Source: Pseudomonadota bacterium (GTDB taxonomy: Bacteria; Babelota; Babeliae; Babelales; CAIQNR01). From it: a stretch of DNA of 64,000 nt. The position numbers were made by a program, and so were the translations under genes. Each line of letters opens with the position of its first letter. The first letter of the stretch is position 1. Shown piece by piece: positions 18,703 through 28,732 of this stretch. The DNA lies in assembly GCA_027487215.1 (NCBI GenBank), contig JAIYDZ010000006.1:1829-65828 (forward strand). The letters run 5' to 3'. The notes beneath the pieces are model-generated. The model was given only the letters and a program-made list of their open reading frames with translations, made no database searches and was not told the origin of the DNA.

Positions 18703-19629
18703 GTGAATTTAACTGACTTCATGCGTTATAAGGAAGAGTTTCTTTCTTATATCAATGTTGAGAGAAATTTAAGTTATAATACTCAAAGATCGTACAAAAG
18801 CGATTTCAATATTTTTGTTGATTTCTGGAATAGAATCAATAAAAGTGAAACGCAAGAACTTGAACTGCGCCGAACAATTGAACGTTATTTTGTACATCTT
18901 TTCTATGAAAAAATTGATAAAAGTTCAGTCGCGCGCAAAATATCCTGTTTTAAATCATTTGAGAAATTTCTTAAAACAAAAGATATAGAAATCTGTTTAA
19001 AACTTAAACGTCCTCAGGTAGACAAAAAACTCCCTGTATATTTAAGCGTTGAAGAAATTTTTTTCTTACTTGATTCAGTAAAAAACGAAGAACTTCCGAC
19101 TAAACGTCCGATTAGAGATAAAGCAATTTTTGAACTGTTATATGCAACAGGGATTCGCTGCTCTGAGCTGTGTGGAATTACAATGCAAGATATCGATATG
19201 CATGAAAAAGTAATACGCATCACAGGGAAAGGAAGGAAAGAACGATTTGTACTGTTTGGCTCTAAAGCTCGAATACGCATTGAAGAGTATCTTAAAGAAG
19301 AACGGCCTAAAGTATTTGATATCAAAGAATATCTTTTTGTAAGTCAACGTAATGTACCGCTCAATCAACGTACTGTACAACGAGTAGTAAGTATGTTTCG
19401 TACCTTTTTACGTGGCAACAAACAGATTACTCCTCATAAAATTCGCCATTCATTTGCTACTCATCTGCTTAACCGTGGTGCTGATTTGCGCGCAGTACAA
19501 GAACTTTTGGGCCATGAAACTCTTGCAAGTACAGAAAAGTATACGCATGTTACCCCTTCTCAACTTACTAAAATGTGCAACACACTTCATCCTTTTAATG
19601 ATTTTAAAAAAGGAACGGATAAGGCATGA
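18703..19629 (+). CDS. Tyrosine site-specific recombinase, XerC/XerD type
   Basis: 308 aa, GTG start with an AAGGAGA SD. Catalytic region ATGIRCSEL...HKIRHSFATHLL...LLGHETLASTEKYTHV (R-H-R-Y set). Confidence 0.85.
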   Translation: MNLTDFMRYKEEFLSYINVERNLSYNTQRSYKSDFNIFVDFWNRINKSETQELELRRTIERYFVHLFYEKIDKSSVARKISCFKSFEKFLKTKDIEICLKLKRPQVDKKLPVYLSVEEIFFLLDSVKNEELPTKRPIRDKAIFELLYATGIRCSELCGITMQDIDMHEKVIRITGKGRKERFVLFGSKARIRIEEYLKEERPKVFDIKEYLFVSQRNVPLNQRTVQRVVSMFRTFLRGNKQITPHKIRHSFATHLLNRGADLRAVQELLGHETLASTEKYTHVTPSQLTKMCNTLHPFNDFKKGTDKA

Positions 19630-21422
19630 ATCGTGCTCACCAATCACTTTACTCAAAAATTTTTTTGATTGGTTGTACATGGATTTTTGCTCAATTTCTC
19701 ATTATAATACGGTTGGGTTATTTACAAATTACTCTTGAAGAGGTACTTCTTGCCAAGAGCAGACATAACTTTTTACGGTATGAAACAATAGCATCTTTGC
19801 GAGGCAATATTCTTGACTGCTCAGGAAAGCTTATTGCTACCAATAGACCAGTTGTTAATATTTATTGGAAAGGAAGTGGTGCTCGTAGCCTAACAGCTAC
19901 CCATAACGAGCTACTTAAACAACTTGAAACAATCACCCAAGCACCTCTTTTAGAGCCCACTGAAACAATTACCGCTGCAGAAAGAAAAGCTCAAACAATC
20001 TTACTGGTTAAAGATGTTAATTTCGAACTACTGAGTAAAATTGCCGAACTGTTTTCAACACATTCTTCTATTGTTATTAAAACTGACTTCATTCGATTTT
20101 ATCCTTATGACTCACTGGCTAGCCACGTGCTTGGCTATTTAGGTACCCATGAACATACCTGGATTGGAAAAACAGGACTTGAAAAAGCATGCGAGGACCT
20201 GCTGCAAGGCAAAGCTGGTATTAATCAAAAAATTTTAAACTCATTTGGCAAACATCTTGAAGAAAAAGAGATTGAAGAAGGACTTCCCGGCCAAGATATC
20301 ACTCTTACTTTAAATCTAGAGCTACAACAGATTGCCGAAAGCCTCTTTCCTGAAGGTAAGCGCGGAGCATTTGTATTAATGAATCCACAAGATGGAAGCA
20401 TTCTGGTAGCGCTGTCACGACCTGATTTTAATCCAAATGTGTTTCTAGAAAAGATGGACCTTGATGCATGGCGGGACATGAAAGAAAAGAAACCTTTCAT
20501 GAATAGAATTTTTAATTCAACCTATCCACCAGGTTCTATTTTTAAATTAATAACCCTCTCTACTGCATTAGAATTGGGATATATTGACCAAAGTACCCAA
20601 ACCCATTGTGCCGGCTCTGTAATCGCGGGAGAAAGAAAGTTCCGCTGTAATAATAAAGACGGCCACGGCACATTAAGCGTAGCACGATCAATTGCAAAAT
20701 CCTGTAACGTACTTTTTTATAAACTCGCAAAAAAAATGGATATTGATGACCTTGCTCGTTATGCAAACTCTTTTGGACTTGGAAGGATCACCGACAGTGG
20801 ATTTAATGAATCACCTGGTTTAATTCCTACACGTAAATGGAAACGTGCCAAAACAGGAGAACGTTGGTATCAAGGAGACACGCTTTCTGCCAACATTGGT
20901 CAAAGTTATCTCCTGGTTACCCCTATTCAAATTGCACGCATGGTAGGATCTATTGAGACGGGTCACTTAGTAACACCACGTATTGTACAAAGCGCGCCAG
21001 TAAAGTGTGAACCTTTAACTATTGCCCCGAGCACTCGTAATTTCTTACAAGAAACAATGATGGCCGTAGTACAAGAGGGTACCGCACATGTTCTTAACAG
21101 CCTGACCGATTTTACCATCAGAGCAAAAACCAGTACGGCACAAACAAGTGCTTTAGAAAAACGTGATATGGGCGAAGAATATCTGGAACACGGATGGGCA
21201 GCAATCAATTTTCGCTATAAAAACAACCCGCCGCTAACACTGGTTATTATCGTTGAAAACGCCGGTGGGACAAGAATGCCTTTAATGGTTGCAAAGACAT
21301 TTATGAAATCATATAAAAAAGTATTAGATTTAGAGCAAAAAAAACGAGCTCTTAATGAGCCCGTTAATTTTTCAAAACCAGAAATTACTAATTCAAGCGT
21401 AATTAACTTACCACTGCCTTAG
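19626..21422 (+). CDS. Class B penicillin-binding protein (PBP2/FtsI-type transpeptidase)
   Basis: N-terminal TM anchor. SxxK in PPGSIFK. SxN in KSCN. KTG-like KTST. ATGA overlap with the recombinase stop. Confidence 0.85.
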   Translation: MNRAHQSLYSKIFLIGCTWIFAQFLIIIRLGYLQITLEEVLLAKSRHNFLRYETIASLRGNILDCSGKLIATNRPVVNIYWKGSGARSLTATHNELLKQLETITQAPLLEPTETITAAERKAQTILLVKDVNFELLSKIAELFSTHSSIVIKTDFIRFYPYDSLASHVLGYLGTHEHTWIGKTGLEKACEDLLQGKAGINQKILNSFGKHLEEKEIEEGLPGQDITLTLNLELQQIAESLFPEGKRGAFVLMNPQDGSILVALSRPDFNPNVFLEKMDLDAWRDMKEKKPFMNRIFNSTYPPGSIFKLITLSTALELGYIDQSTQTHCAGSVIAGERKFRCNNKDGHGTLSVARSIAKSCNVLFYKLAKKMDIDDLARYANSFGLGRITDSGFNESPGLIPTRKWKRAKTGERWYQGDTLSANIGQSYLLVTPIQIARMVGSIETGHLVTPRIVQSAPVKCEPLTIAPSTRNFLQETMMAVVQEGTAHVLNSLTDFTIRAKTSTAQTSALEKRDMGEEYLEHGWAAINFRYKNNPPLTLVIIVENAGGTRMPLMVAKTFMKSYKKVLDLEQKKRALNEPVNFSKPEITNSSVINLPLP

Positions 21423-21699
21423 CTTCTTTCTTTGTTCCTGCTGCCTTAGCAACTCTCAGCGCAATTCTGCTTGTTTTGCGTTGAGCTGTTTTGTGATGGA
21501 TGACCCCTTTGCCTGCAGCACGAGCTAATTGCGCCTCTGCATCTTTTAACAAAGCCTTAGCTTGGTCAATGTCACCACCTTCAAGGGCAGCAATTACTTT
21601 TTTAACAGCAGTTTTTAATGCTGTCTTACGTCCTAAATTTTGTTGTCTTCTTACTTCGTCTTGACGAACTCGTTTTTGTGCAGACTTAATATTGGCCAT
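21403..21699 (-). CDS. rpsT: 30S ribosomal protein S20
   Basis: MANIKSAQKRVRQDEVRRQQN... is a typical S20 N-terminus. Confidence 0.9.
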   Translation of the reverse strand: MANIKSAQKRVRQDEVRRQQNLGRKTALKTAVKKVIAALEGGDIDQAKALLKDAEAQLARAAGKGVIHHKTAQRKTSRIALRVAKAAGTKKEAKAVVS

Positions 21700-21721
21700 A
21701 ACACCCTATCCTTACACTCAA

Positions 21722-21925
21722 TTAAATTACTTTGTGCACTTTATCAGCTTTTACACACTTGGTACACACACGTGCACTGTACACTTTCCCTTTTGCATCA
21801 TTAGAAAGAGAAAAACGCATTCTATGAACGTTTGGATAAATCCAACGACCAACTCTGTTGTTAGCTTTACTTACCAAGTTCCCTGTTTGCGGGCCTTTCC
21901 CACAAACAAAACAAATCCTCGACAT
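21722..21925 (-). CDS. rpmB: 50S ribosomal protein L28
   Basis: MSRICFVCGKGPQTGNLVSKANNR... Zn-ribbon Cys pairs CFVC and CTKC. Confidence 0.9.
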   Translation of the reverse strand: MSRICFVCGKGPQTGNLVSKANNRVGRWIYPNVHRMRFSLSNDAKGKVYSARVCTKCVKADKVHKVI

Positions 21926-22153
21926 TATCAGTTCCTTTCAATCCCTAGAATCCGCATGAAGCCATTACTCAATGGAGGAGCATCTAGTATACTACAAACC
22001 GCTACTTTTTCAAATTGAATACTCAACAAGAAATAAGCTCAAATCACTTTTTAAAACAGGCCTTTAGAAAGAAAATGATTTCTTAAGATCAAAAGGAACC
22101 CCAAAGGATTCCTTTATATAACCTCAATCTAAAGGTCTTTTAGCGTCTTAAAG

Positions 22154-23998
22154 TTAAGCTTCTTCGGTAAAACGAAGATCTGCTCGAGCCTCAATCCCTA
22201 AAAGTTCATAAATTTCAGCTGCATACATCGTTTCTTTTTCAAGAAGCGCTTCAGAAAGCATGGTCAACTTATCTCTATTATCATTCAAAAGGATACGCGC
22301 TTTATTATAACAATCTTGAGTGATGTTTTTTACTTCTTCATCAATCAACTCTGCAGTTTTTTGAGAATAGACAAAATCACCTTGCGATTGTGCGTATACA
22401 ATAGGTCCCAATTTTTCTGACATACCATAACGGCATACCATATCACGTACTACATCAGTAGCTTTTTGAAAATCACTATAAGCACCGGTTGAAAGCTCAG
22501 AAAACTGAATCTCTTCAGCAATTCTTCCGCCTAATGCAGCCATTACCGATGCAATCATTTCTTCTTTAGTGGTAGTATATTTTTCTCGCTCAGGAATTGA
22601 ATGCGTTACACCCAATGCACGTCCGCGAGGTACAATCGTTACTTTATGTAAAGGATCAGTACAATGCGGCAACAAAAGACGTATCAGAGCATGTCCTGAT
22701 TCGTGATAGGCAGTTGTCTTTCTGTCATGCTCAGTTAAAGCTATCGTTTTGATTTCTTTACCAAGCAAAATCTTATCACGCGCTTCTTCAAAATCTTTTA
22801 TAGTGATCTTATCCTGATTAGACTTTGAAGCAATAATTGCCGCTTCATTAATGAGATTTGCAAGATCTGCACCAGAAAACCCTGGTGTTCCTCGTGCTAT
22901 TTTTCTCATATCAACAGAATTATCAAGTTGTACTGTTTTTCCGTGTAAAATTAAAATTCTTTCACGACTTGCAAGATCAGGATACGGCACTTCAACACGT
23001 CTATCAAAACGACCTGGTCTTAAAAGTGCTTTATCAAGAACGTCTGGACGATTGGTTGCTGCAATAACAATAACCGGATCTTTTGCAGTCTCAAAGCCAT
23101 CCATCTCAGTTAAAAGCTGGTTGAGTGTTTGTTCTCTTTCATCGTGCCCGCCGCCAAAGCCACCACCACTGCGATGTCTTCCTACAGCATCAATTTCATC
23201 AATAAAGATAATACTTGGAGCCGCTTTACGTGCTTGAGCAAAAAGATCACGTACACGTGAGGCACCCACCCCTACAAAAACTTCAATAAAGTCAGAACCA
23301 CTAATACTGAAAAACAAACAGTTTGCTTCCCCTGCTACAGCACGAGCAAGCAAGGTTTTACCGTTTCCTGGCTCACCAATCAAAAGTACGCCACGAGTTA
23401 TTTTTGCACCTAAGCGTTTATATTTTTCAGGGTTCTTTAAGAAATCAACCACATCTTGGAGTTCTTCTTTTGCTTCATCAGCACCTGCAACAGAGTTGAA
23501 AGTATCTTTAATAGTAGAAGGTAAGAACATTTTCGCTCTACTTTTACCCATAGTAAAAACGTTTCCACCACCGCCAGAACTTCCACCACGTGAAGGCCTG
23601 AATATATACCAGGCAACCATCAACATGCTCATTAACAGTGCAATCAATAGAAATGGCCAAAAGCCTAATGAAGAAGTACTTGAAATCTCAACTTCAGCTG
23701 CATTTTTTCTTAGTATTTGTAAATGCTCAGCTTGTTCATCGGGAACAGTCACTTCAAAATGCTTATCGTCTTTCGTCACACCTTTGACAAAAGAACCAAT
23801 AATAGTAACTCCTTTAACCTGTCCTTGCTCTACCAAATCAAGGTATTTTGAGTAAGTAACTTCACCTCGTTCTCTGACATTATCAGCAAAACGGGTAGTC
23901 ACCATAAGAAGGACACTTACAAAAACAGCAGCAAGAACTACCACTGTCCAAGGGCTACCGGCAGGACTTGGGCTAAATTTATTTTTATTTTTTTTCAT
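22154..23998 (-). CDS. ftsH: ATP-dependent zinc metalloprotease FtsH
   Basis: Two N-terminal TM segments. Walker [12 protein letters not shown]. Walker [33 protein letters not shown]. Zn site HESGHAL. Confidence 0.97.
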   Translation of the reverse strand: MKKNKNKFSPSPAGSPWTVVVLAAVFVSVLLMVTTRFADNVRERGEVTYSKYLDLVEQGQVKGVTIIGSFVKGVTKDDKHFEVTVPDEQAEHLQILRKNAAEVEISSTSSLGFWPFLLIALLMSMLMVAWYIFRPSRGGSSGGGGNVFTMGKSRAKMFLPSTIKDTFNSVAGADEAKEELQDVVDFLKNPEKYKRLGAKITRGVLLIGEPGNGKTLLARAVAGEANCLFFSISGSDFIEVFVGVGASRVRDLFAQARKAAPSIIFIDEIDAVGRHRSGGGFGGGHDEREQTLNQLLTEMDGFETAKDPVIVIAATNRPDVLDKALLRPGRFDRRVEVPYPDLASRERILILHGKTVQLDNSVDMRKIARGTPGFSGADLANLINEAAIIASKSNQDKITIKDFEEARDKILLGKEIKTIALTEHDRKTTAYHESGHALIRLLLPHCTDPLHKVTIVPRGRALGVTHSIPEREKYTTTKEEMIASVMAALGGRIAEEIQFSELSTGAYSDFQKATDVVRDMVCRYGMSEKLGPIVYAQSQGDFVYSQKTAELIDEEVKNITQDCYNKARILLNDNRDKLTMLSEALLEKETMYAAEIYELLGIEARADLRFTEEA

Positions 23999-24132
23999 CG
24001 AGCGTTTACCTCTTTTGCAGTATAATGACGCACTCCCCCACTCATAGGAAAGTTTTACCTGTAAGGGTCAGTATACCGATTATCCTTGCTAGTGTCGATT
24101 GTTTGCTACCTATAACAGATCAAAAATCCTCA

Positions 24133-25407
24133 TTAACTCAAGGTAGGTAACACAGGATAGCGAGGAGACCATGAAGGATAGCTATATCTAAACGATCCAT
24201 CGGTAATAAATGTACGCTCCTTGGTGAGTAAATTATGAATTGCAAGACGTTTTGTTTTAGGATCCTCAAGAGAATAAACCAGGTAGTTTCCGCACGGAGA
24301 CCATGAAGACTCTGTTTTATGAGTAGCGTCAGTAGTAATCTGTACCGTTGCCTTCTTTTTAAGGTCATATACCATAATTTGAGAATACCCATCGATCAAC
24401 TTTGAGTAGGCTATTTTTTGTGTTGCTCCTGAATAACTTGGAGCAGTACAGCATCCACCTTCAGAAATTTTTCTTACATTTTTGCCATTACGATTCATCA
24501 TATAGATCTGAGGATTACCGTTTTCAAAATCAGAACAATAGACAATATCACCATTTTTCATAATAGCGGGAGACAGATTACTTCCTGCATTATCGGTCAA
24601 GCGAATATAGCGACCTTTTTTATCACCCTTTCCCGATTCATAACGATAGAGCTGCGCATTACCAGCTGCTGATAAACACACAACGATATCAGACCCATCT
24701 TGAGAAAATGCTGGTTGCATATTAAGACCATCAAAATTTGCAGCACGTGATTTATTGCCTTGAAAATCAGTCATCATTAAGCGAATATTATGCGCTGTAT
24801 ATTCTGAATACAAAACAAGGGGTTTTTCTGTATCAGCATTAAAACACGGAGCAATTCCAAAAGTATTGAGTGAAGCAACTACTTTTTCATTTTTTCCATT
24901 ATAGGTAGCAATACAAATATCGGTTTTTGTCTTTTTAGGATCCTCTTTACAATAAGTAATAAGTGAACAGAATGGACCCTGATTAGAGGTAAGGGCAAAG
25001 TTAATATGATCAGCTAAATCATGCCCCCATGCACTCACAGAGACATCTTCTTTTACAAAACGCTTTCCTACTTTCATTGAGCCCGTACGCGTATCATATA
25101 AACGCCACTCAAGACCATGTTTACCAATTTTATCTTCAACAATCAGTAACAACGGACTTTTTTGTGCAAAATCTTTTACATCATGTTTTGTCTTTAAACG
25201 ATCAACATGGACTAGATCAACTTCAAATTGACCGGTGAATGTCAGGTCTTGCGCAACAGTTTTTAACATTTCCTGAGTAGTTGACTGCTCTTTTCCCAAC
25301 GATGCAATAGTAAGCGGCATTTTTTTCGTATAACGTGCTTGAATTTCAACTTCAGCTTTACAGCTACTGACACTTAGTAAGAGCGCTAATATTATATTTC
25401 GTACCAT
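24133..25407 (-). CDS. tolB: Tol-Pal system beta-propeller protein TolB
   Basis: 424 aa. Signal peptide. Repeated PxFSPDG-like blades (QPAFSQDGSDIV, SWSPCGNYLVYS). Position after tolA. Confidence 0.85.
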   Translation of the reverse strand: MVRNIILALLLSVSSCKAEVEIQARYTKKMPLTIASLGKEQSTTQEMLKTVAQDLTFTGQFEVDLVHVDRLKTKHDVKDFAQKSPLLLIVEDKIGKHGLEWRLYDTRTGSMKVGKRFVKEDVSVSAWGHDLADHINFALTSNQGPFCSLITYCKEDPKKTKTDICIATYNGKNEKVVASLNTFGIAPCFNADTEKPLVLYSEYTAHNIRLMMTDFQGNKSRAANFDGLNMQPAFSQDGSDIVVCLSAAGNAQLYRYESGKGDKKGRYIRLTDNAGSNLSPAIMKNGDIVYCSDFENGNPQIYMMNRNGKNVRKISEGGCCTAPSYSGATQKIAYSKLIDGYSQIMVYDLKKKATVQITTDATHKTESSWSPCGNYLVYSLEDPKTKRLAIHNLLTKERTFITDGSFRYSYPSWSPRYPVLPTLS

Positions 25408-25418
25408 GGTGTAACTTT

Positions 25419-26237
25419 CTATGGCTTAAAGGCAATTTTTACTTTTTTTCCCCACAACTCAGATGGCATCTGCAGTTCATCAAGTGCTTGTTCCACAGCA
25501 ACATCATAGACAAATACTCCTGATGAAACTTCTACAAATCTTTCAAGCAACTTTCCATCCCATCCGACAGTCAAAGCAACTTGACACACAAGCTCTTCTG
25601 ACATTCCTGCAGGCGGAGCCCATACTCGCGCAACTGCTTCTTGTAATGATTCTTGAAGTTGAACTAATTCAAATTCTTTAAACGTCACTTCTTGAATAAG
25701 TTGATCTGTTGTTGCATTTACTGCTGCATTGGGCACATCGTTTTGCGTCACCTGTTCAACAGGCTGCTTGTTTTTTTGAACAACGTCTTCAGATTTTTGA
25801 TCGGCCTTCTCTTTTATAGGAGCAGTCTCTTTTTTTTGATCCACTTTTTGAATCTTCTTTTCAAGAACCTGTTTTTTAAGAGTTTCTTTTTGTTTTTTTA
25901 CTGGTTGTTTTTTTTTCAAAGTAGATTGTTTTTTTTGTACCGTTTTTTTCTTACTTATTTTTTTTATCATCGTTTTTTTAACAACTGATAAAGATCTAGA
26001 TGGCTCTTTTGTCGCTGACTGCGCAGCTTGCACAGCTCGAGATTTACCAAAAGGAATTAATCTCACAATTGCTTCAGAAGATGTTGAACGCACTTGTAGT
26101 AATGTTTCTGAATTATAATCGGTATAGACAAACAATAATAAAAAACATCCAACAGCATGAATCAGAGTAGAAACAGTTAACCATCTTAAAAAAAACAGCG
26201 CATTAGGAGACAGTTCCGGATGTGGCCAGCGCAACAT
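25419..26237 (-). CDS. tolA: TolA-like protein (TM anchor, Lys-rich linker, C-terminal TolA/TonB-type domain)
   Basis: Start taken at Met25 of the ORF (ATG 26237), overlapping the tolR end. Has a TM helix, a KKQ/KKK-rich spacer and a globular C-terminus. Gene order is tolQ-tolR-tolA-tolB. Confidence 0.65.
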   Translation of the reverse strand: MLRWPHPELSPNALFFLRWLTVSTLIHAVGCFLLLFVYTDYNSETLLQVRSTSSEAIVRLIPFGKSRAVQAAQSATKEPSRSLSVVKKTMIKKISKKKTVQKKQSTLKKKQPVKKQKETLKKQVLEKKIQKVDQKKETAPIKEKADQKSEDVVQKNKQPVEQVTQNDVPNAAVNATTDQLIQEVTFKEFELVQLQESLQEAVARVWAPPAGMSEELVCQVALTVGWDGKLLERFVEVSSGVFVYDVAVEQALDELQMPSELWGKKVKIAFKP

Positions 26238-26637
26238 ACCCAATTCCCCCTGCTTGCTTGATCTTATCAACCGTTTCAATAATTCTTCCAAAAGAGGCCC
26301 CTGAATCACCTTTTACAAAAACAGTTTTTTGATCTTTTGGACCAGCACTTTTTTGTAAACTTTTAATTAACTCAGCATCGGTTACAAGTTGGTTATTGAA
26401 ATAAATTTTTCCTGATTTATCAATAGTAACTATCAGATCCTGCTTTTGGGTATCACTTACCTCTTTTATATTTCCTTTTGGCAGCTCAACCAACAATGCA
26501 TTTTCTTTTTTAAGCATTGGCGCTGTAACCATAAAAATGATTAACAAATTCAAAGCAGTATCAATTAAAGGAGTAAGCGTAATTTCAGGAAACGGTTGTT
26601 CTTTACGACGCCTCTTGCGAAGCCAACGATAGTTCAT
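26203..26637 (-). CDS. tolR: Biopolymer transport protein TolR/ExbD
   Basis: 144 aa. ITLTPLIDTALNLLIIFMV TM motif typical of ExbD/TolR. Confidence 0.85.
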   Translation of the reverse strand: MNYRWLRKRRRKEQPFPEITLTPLIDTALNLLIIFMVTAPMLKKENALLVELPKGNIKEVSDTQKQDLIVTIDKSGKIYFNNQLVTDAELIKSLQKSAGPKDQKTVFVKGDSGASFGRIIETVDKIKQAGGIGYVALATSGTVS

Positions 26638-27331
26638 CGCTATTCTTTCCTTGAAGAAGGTGAAGACGAATTATAAAATTCACTCGTTCAGAAATCCCAT
26701 ACAGTTGCTGTTCAAGATCGCTGACCGATCCTTTAAGATAGTGATAAGCAACTGCAACAGGAATTGCTACCAATAACCCTGCAATAGTCGTTAACAACGC
26801 TTCAGCAATACCCGGAGCAACTGCTACAATATCTGCAGATTGTTTGTGACTAATACTGATAAACGAATTAGTCAAACCCCACACCGTACCAAAAAGTCCA
26901 ATGAGCGGTGACACGCTTGCAGTAACAGAAAGCGTTGGAAGATGAGCTTCTTGGCTATACACCATATCATCTATACACTGATAACGACGCTCTTCAAGAA
27001 GTGAAATTTCTTGATCACTCAACACACCTTTTTGATGAGCTTGTTGTAAAAGAATTTTTGCTTGTTCAAGTTGCGTTACTAATAAATAACCTGGATAGGT
27101 TTGTGAATGAATGCGTGCAAGCGCAACAACATCTTGTAATGTTTCAGCTTTTCTTAATGCACGCAAGAGATCGAGCATCTGTTGTTTTTTAACACGCAGC
27201 GTCATGTATTTATGAAATATAAGAGACCAACAAAGAATTGATACTCCCAGCAGACCGCCAAGAATAAACTTAGTCATCATGTCGGATTGAACAACTAAGT
27301 TCCATAAAGAATTACCAAGTAACATATGCAT
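26603..27331 (-). CDS. tolQ: MotA/TolQ/ExbB proton channel protein
   Basis: 242 aa, three TM segments. Conserved C-terminal half LIGLFGTVWGL...GIAEALLTTIAGLLVAIP. Confidence 0.9.
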   Translation of the reverse strand: MHMLLGNSLWNLVVQSDMMTKFILGGLLGVSILCWSLIFHKYMTLRVKKQQMLDLLRALRKAETLQDVVALARIHSQTYPGYLLVTQLEQAKILLQQAHQKGVLSDQEISLLEERRYQCIDDMVYSQEAHLPTLSVTASVSPLIGLFGTVWGLTNSFISISHKQSADIVAVAPGIAEALLTTIAGLLVAIPVAVAYHYLKGSVSDLEQQLYGISERVNFIIRLHLLQGKNSDELSLASQEAS

Positions 27332-27407
27332 TGTGTGTTCCTTTTTTCAAGAAAGTTCTAGCTAGTTTGTAGCACAGGAAGAAGAAAAAAGGAAGCTTAA
27401 AATGATG

Positions 27408-28595
27408 TTATCTTGTGCAAAAAATTGTAACTGGGGCAGTATGAGTTCCATCTTTTTGAATTGACCACAACGTTGTTGTGCCATTTTTATTATTGAGTAA
27501 GTCATACAAAGTTTCACCTTTATAACGACCACCCCATACAGTACATTTTTTATAATGAATTTCCTGATCAAGATCCTGCACACTCTCTAAGATAATTGTT
27601 TTATCCGGATCATTAGTAGAGCCGTAAATACAACGCACACGCAGATCAGAATCGGTTTTTAAAATTTGTGTTGCTTTACATGGTGGAATAATAATTTTTC
27701 CTTGTGAGTCAACTGCGCGATGTTGCGCGTCTTCACCAGCGCCACGATTAATAAAGCGCGCAAGCTGTGGACTATCGATATTAACAAGACCAGCCTTTTC
27801 TACATGCTTATCAACAGAATACGAAGCAAGGGCAACAGGACCAAAAAAACCTGCGAATTTATAGGTAAACACTCTGTCATCGCCATTACGTACTACTTTT
27901 TCATAAAGCAAAGGTTTGCCTTCTTTACTGGTTGTATCAATAATAAGTTTTCCAAAAGGACCCTCTACATTGTAATAACCTTCTACACCTTTAGCCGCAA
28001 ATGTCCTGTCGCGATCGACATATACAATCTGTGAAACATTATGCGATTCTTTAAGGGCTCGTTGTGTTTTATAAGGGAGAGTTCGCATCTTAACAAGTTG
28101 AGTTTCTCGTTTTTCTTGCGCAGAAATTTCTTCTGGCAACGGACATTGATACATCATACCTGCTTTTTTTGAATCAAGGGTCACAATCAACGGAGTTTTT
28201 CTGTAATCATCAGCAACTCCATACTGATAGGTACAACTGATTACACCGCGAGACATCGAAGAAACTGGACTGTTAAAATCAGAAGTTTTTTGCAACTTCT
28301 CTCCAATCTGTTGAGCACTCAATGGCGGTTGAAAATGCATCCACCCCGATAAAGGAAAAGGTTTTCCATTTAAAAAACCATACATATCAAGAGTAATATA
28401 AGTAACATGATCCGCTTTTTCATTCCTATACTTCTGAATAACTAATCCATGGCGATCTTTTACTGCTGGATTAAAAACATCAAGTGATGGGGGACATTCG
28501 ATACGATTTTGATATGACATGTCTACAGCGTGCCCTGCGCCACAAACAAACACCAACAGACAAAAAAAAGAAAAAACTCTCAAAAAATTTTTCAT
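27408..28595 (-). CDS. Hypothetical secreted protein
   Basis: 395 aa. Signal peptide MKNFLRVFSFFCLLVFVCGAGHA. No motif recognised. Confidence 0.5.
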   Translation of the reverse strand: MKNFLRVFSFFCLLVFVCGAGHAVDMSYQNRIECPPSLDVFNPAVKDRHGLVIQKYRNEKADHVTYITLDMYGFLNGKPFPLSGWMHFQPPLSAQQIGEKLQKTSDFNSPVSSMSRGVISCTYQYGVADDYRKTPLIVTLDSKKAGMMYQCPLPEEISAQEKRETQLVKMRTLPYKTQRALKESHNVSQIVYVDRDRTFAAKGVEGYYNVEGPFGKLIIDTTSKEGKPLLYEKVVRNGDDRVFTYKFAGFFGPVALASYSVDKHVEKAGLVNIDSPQLARFINRGAGEDAQHRAVDSQGKIIIPPCKATQILKTDSDLRVRCIYGSTNDPDKTIILESVQDLDQEIHYKKCTVWGGRYKGETLYDLLNNKNGTTTLWSIQKDGTHTAPVTIFCTR

Positions 28596-28732
28596 GACTA
28601 CCCCCTTTTTCCAGATACTCTCTGGTATTAGTGTAGTCTATTGATTTTACAAATTGCAATATTGATAAAAAAATAAAGGTTCTTGTTTTAAAGCTTTTTA
28701 GTTGCAGAAAATATTGTTTAAACCGAAGATTA

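Noticed and set aside
18703-19629. Tyrosine recombinase as the integrase of a mobile element
   Set aside because: It has XerC/D-like length and motifs, sits among housekeeping genes, is translationally coupled to a PBP, and has no flanking direct repeats or tRNA target.
22851-23855. Antisense ORFs of 128, 69 and 119 aa within ftsH
   Set aside because: ftsH is unambiguous over this span. The antisense frames have no motifs or start context.
25692-25988. 98-aa plus-strand ORF rich in Phe/Leu
   Set aside because: It is the antisense shadow of the Lys-rich (AAA/AAG) TolA linker.
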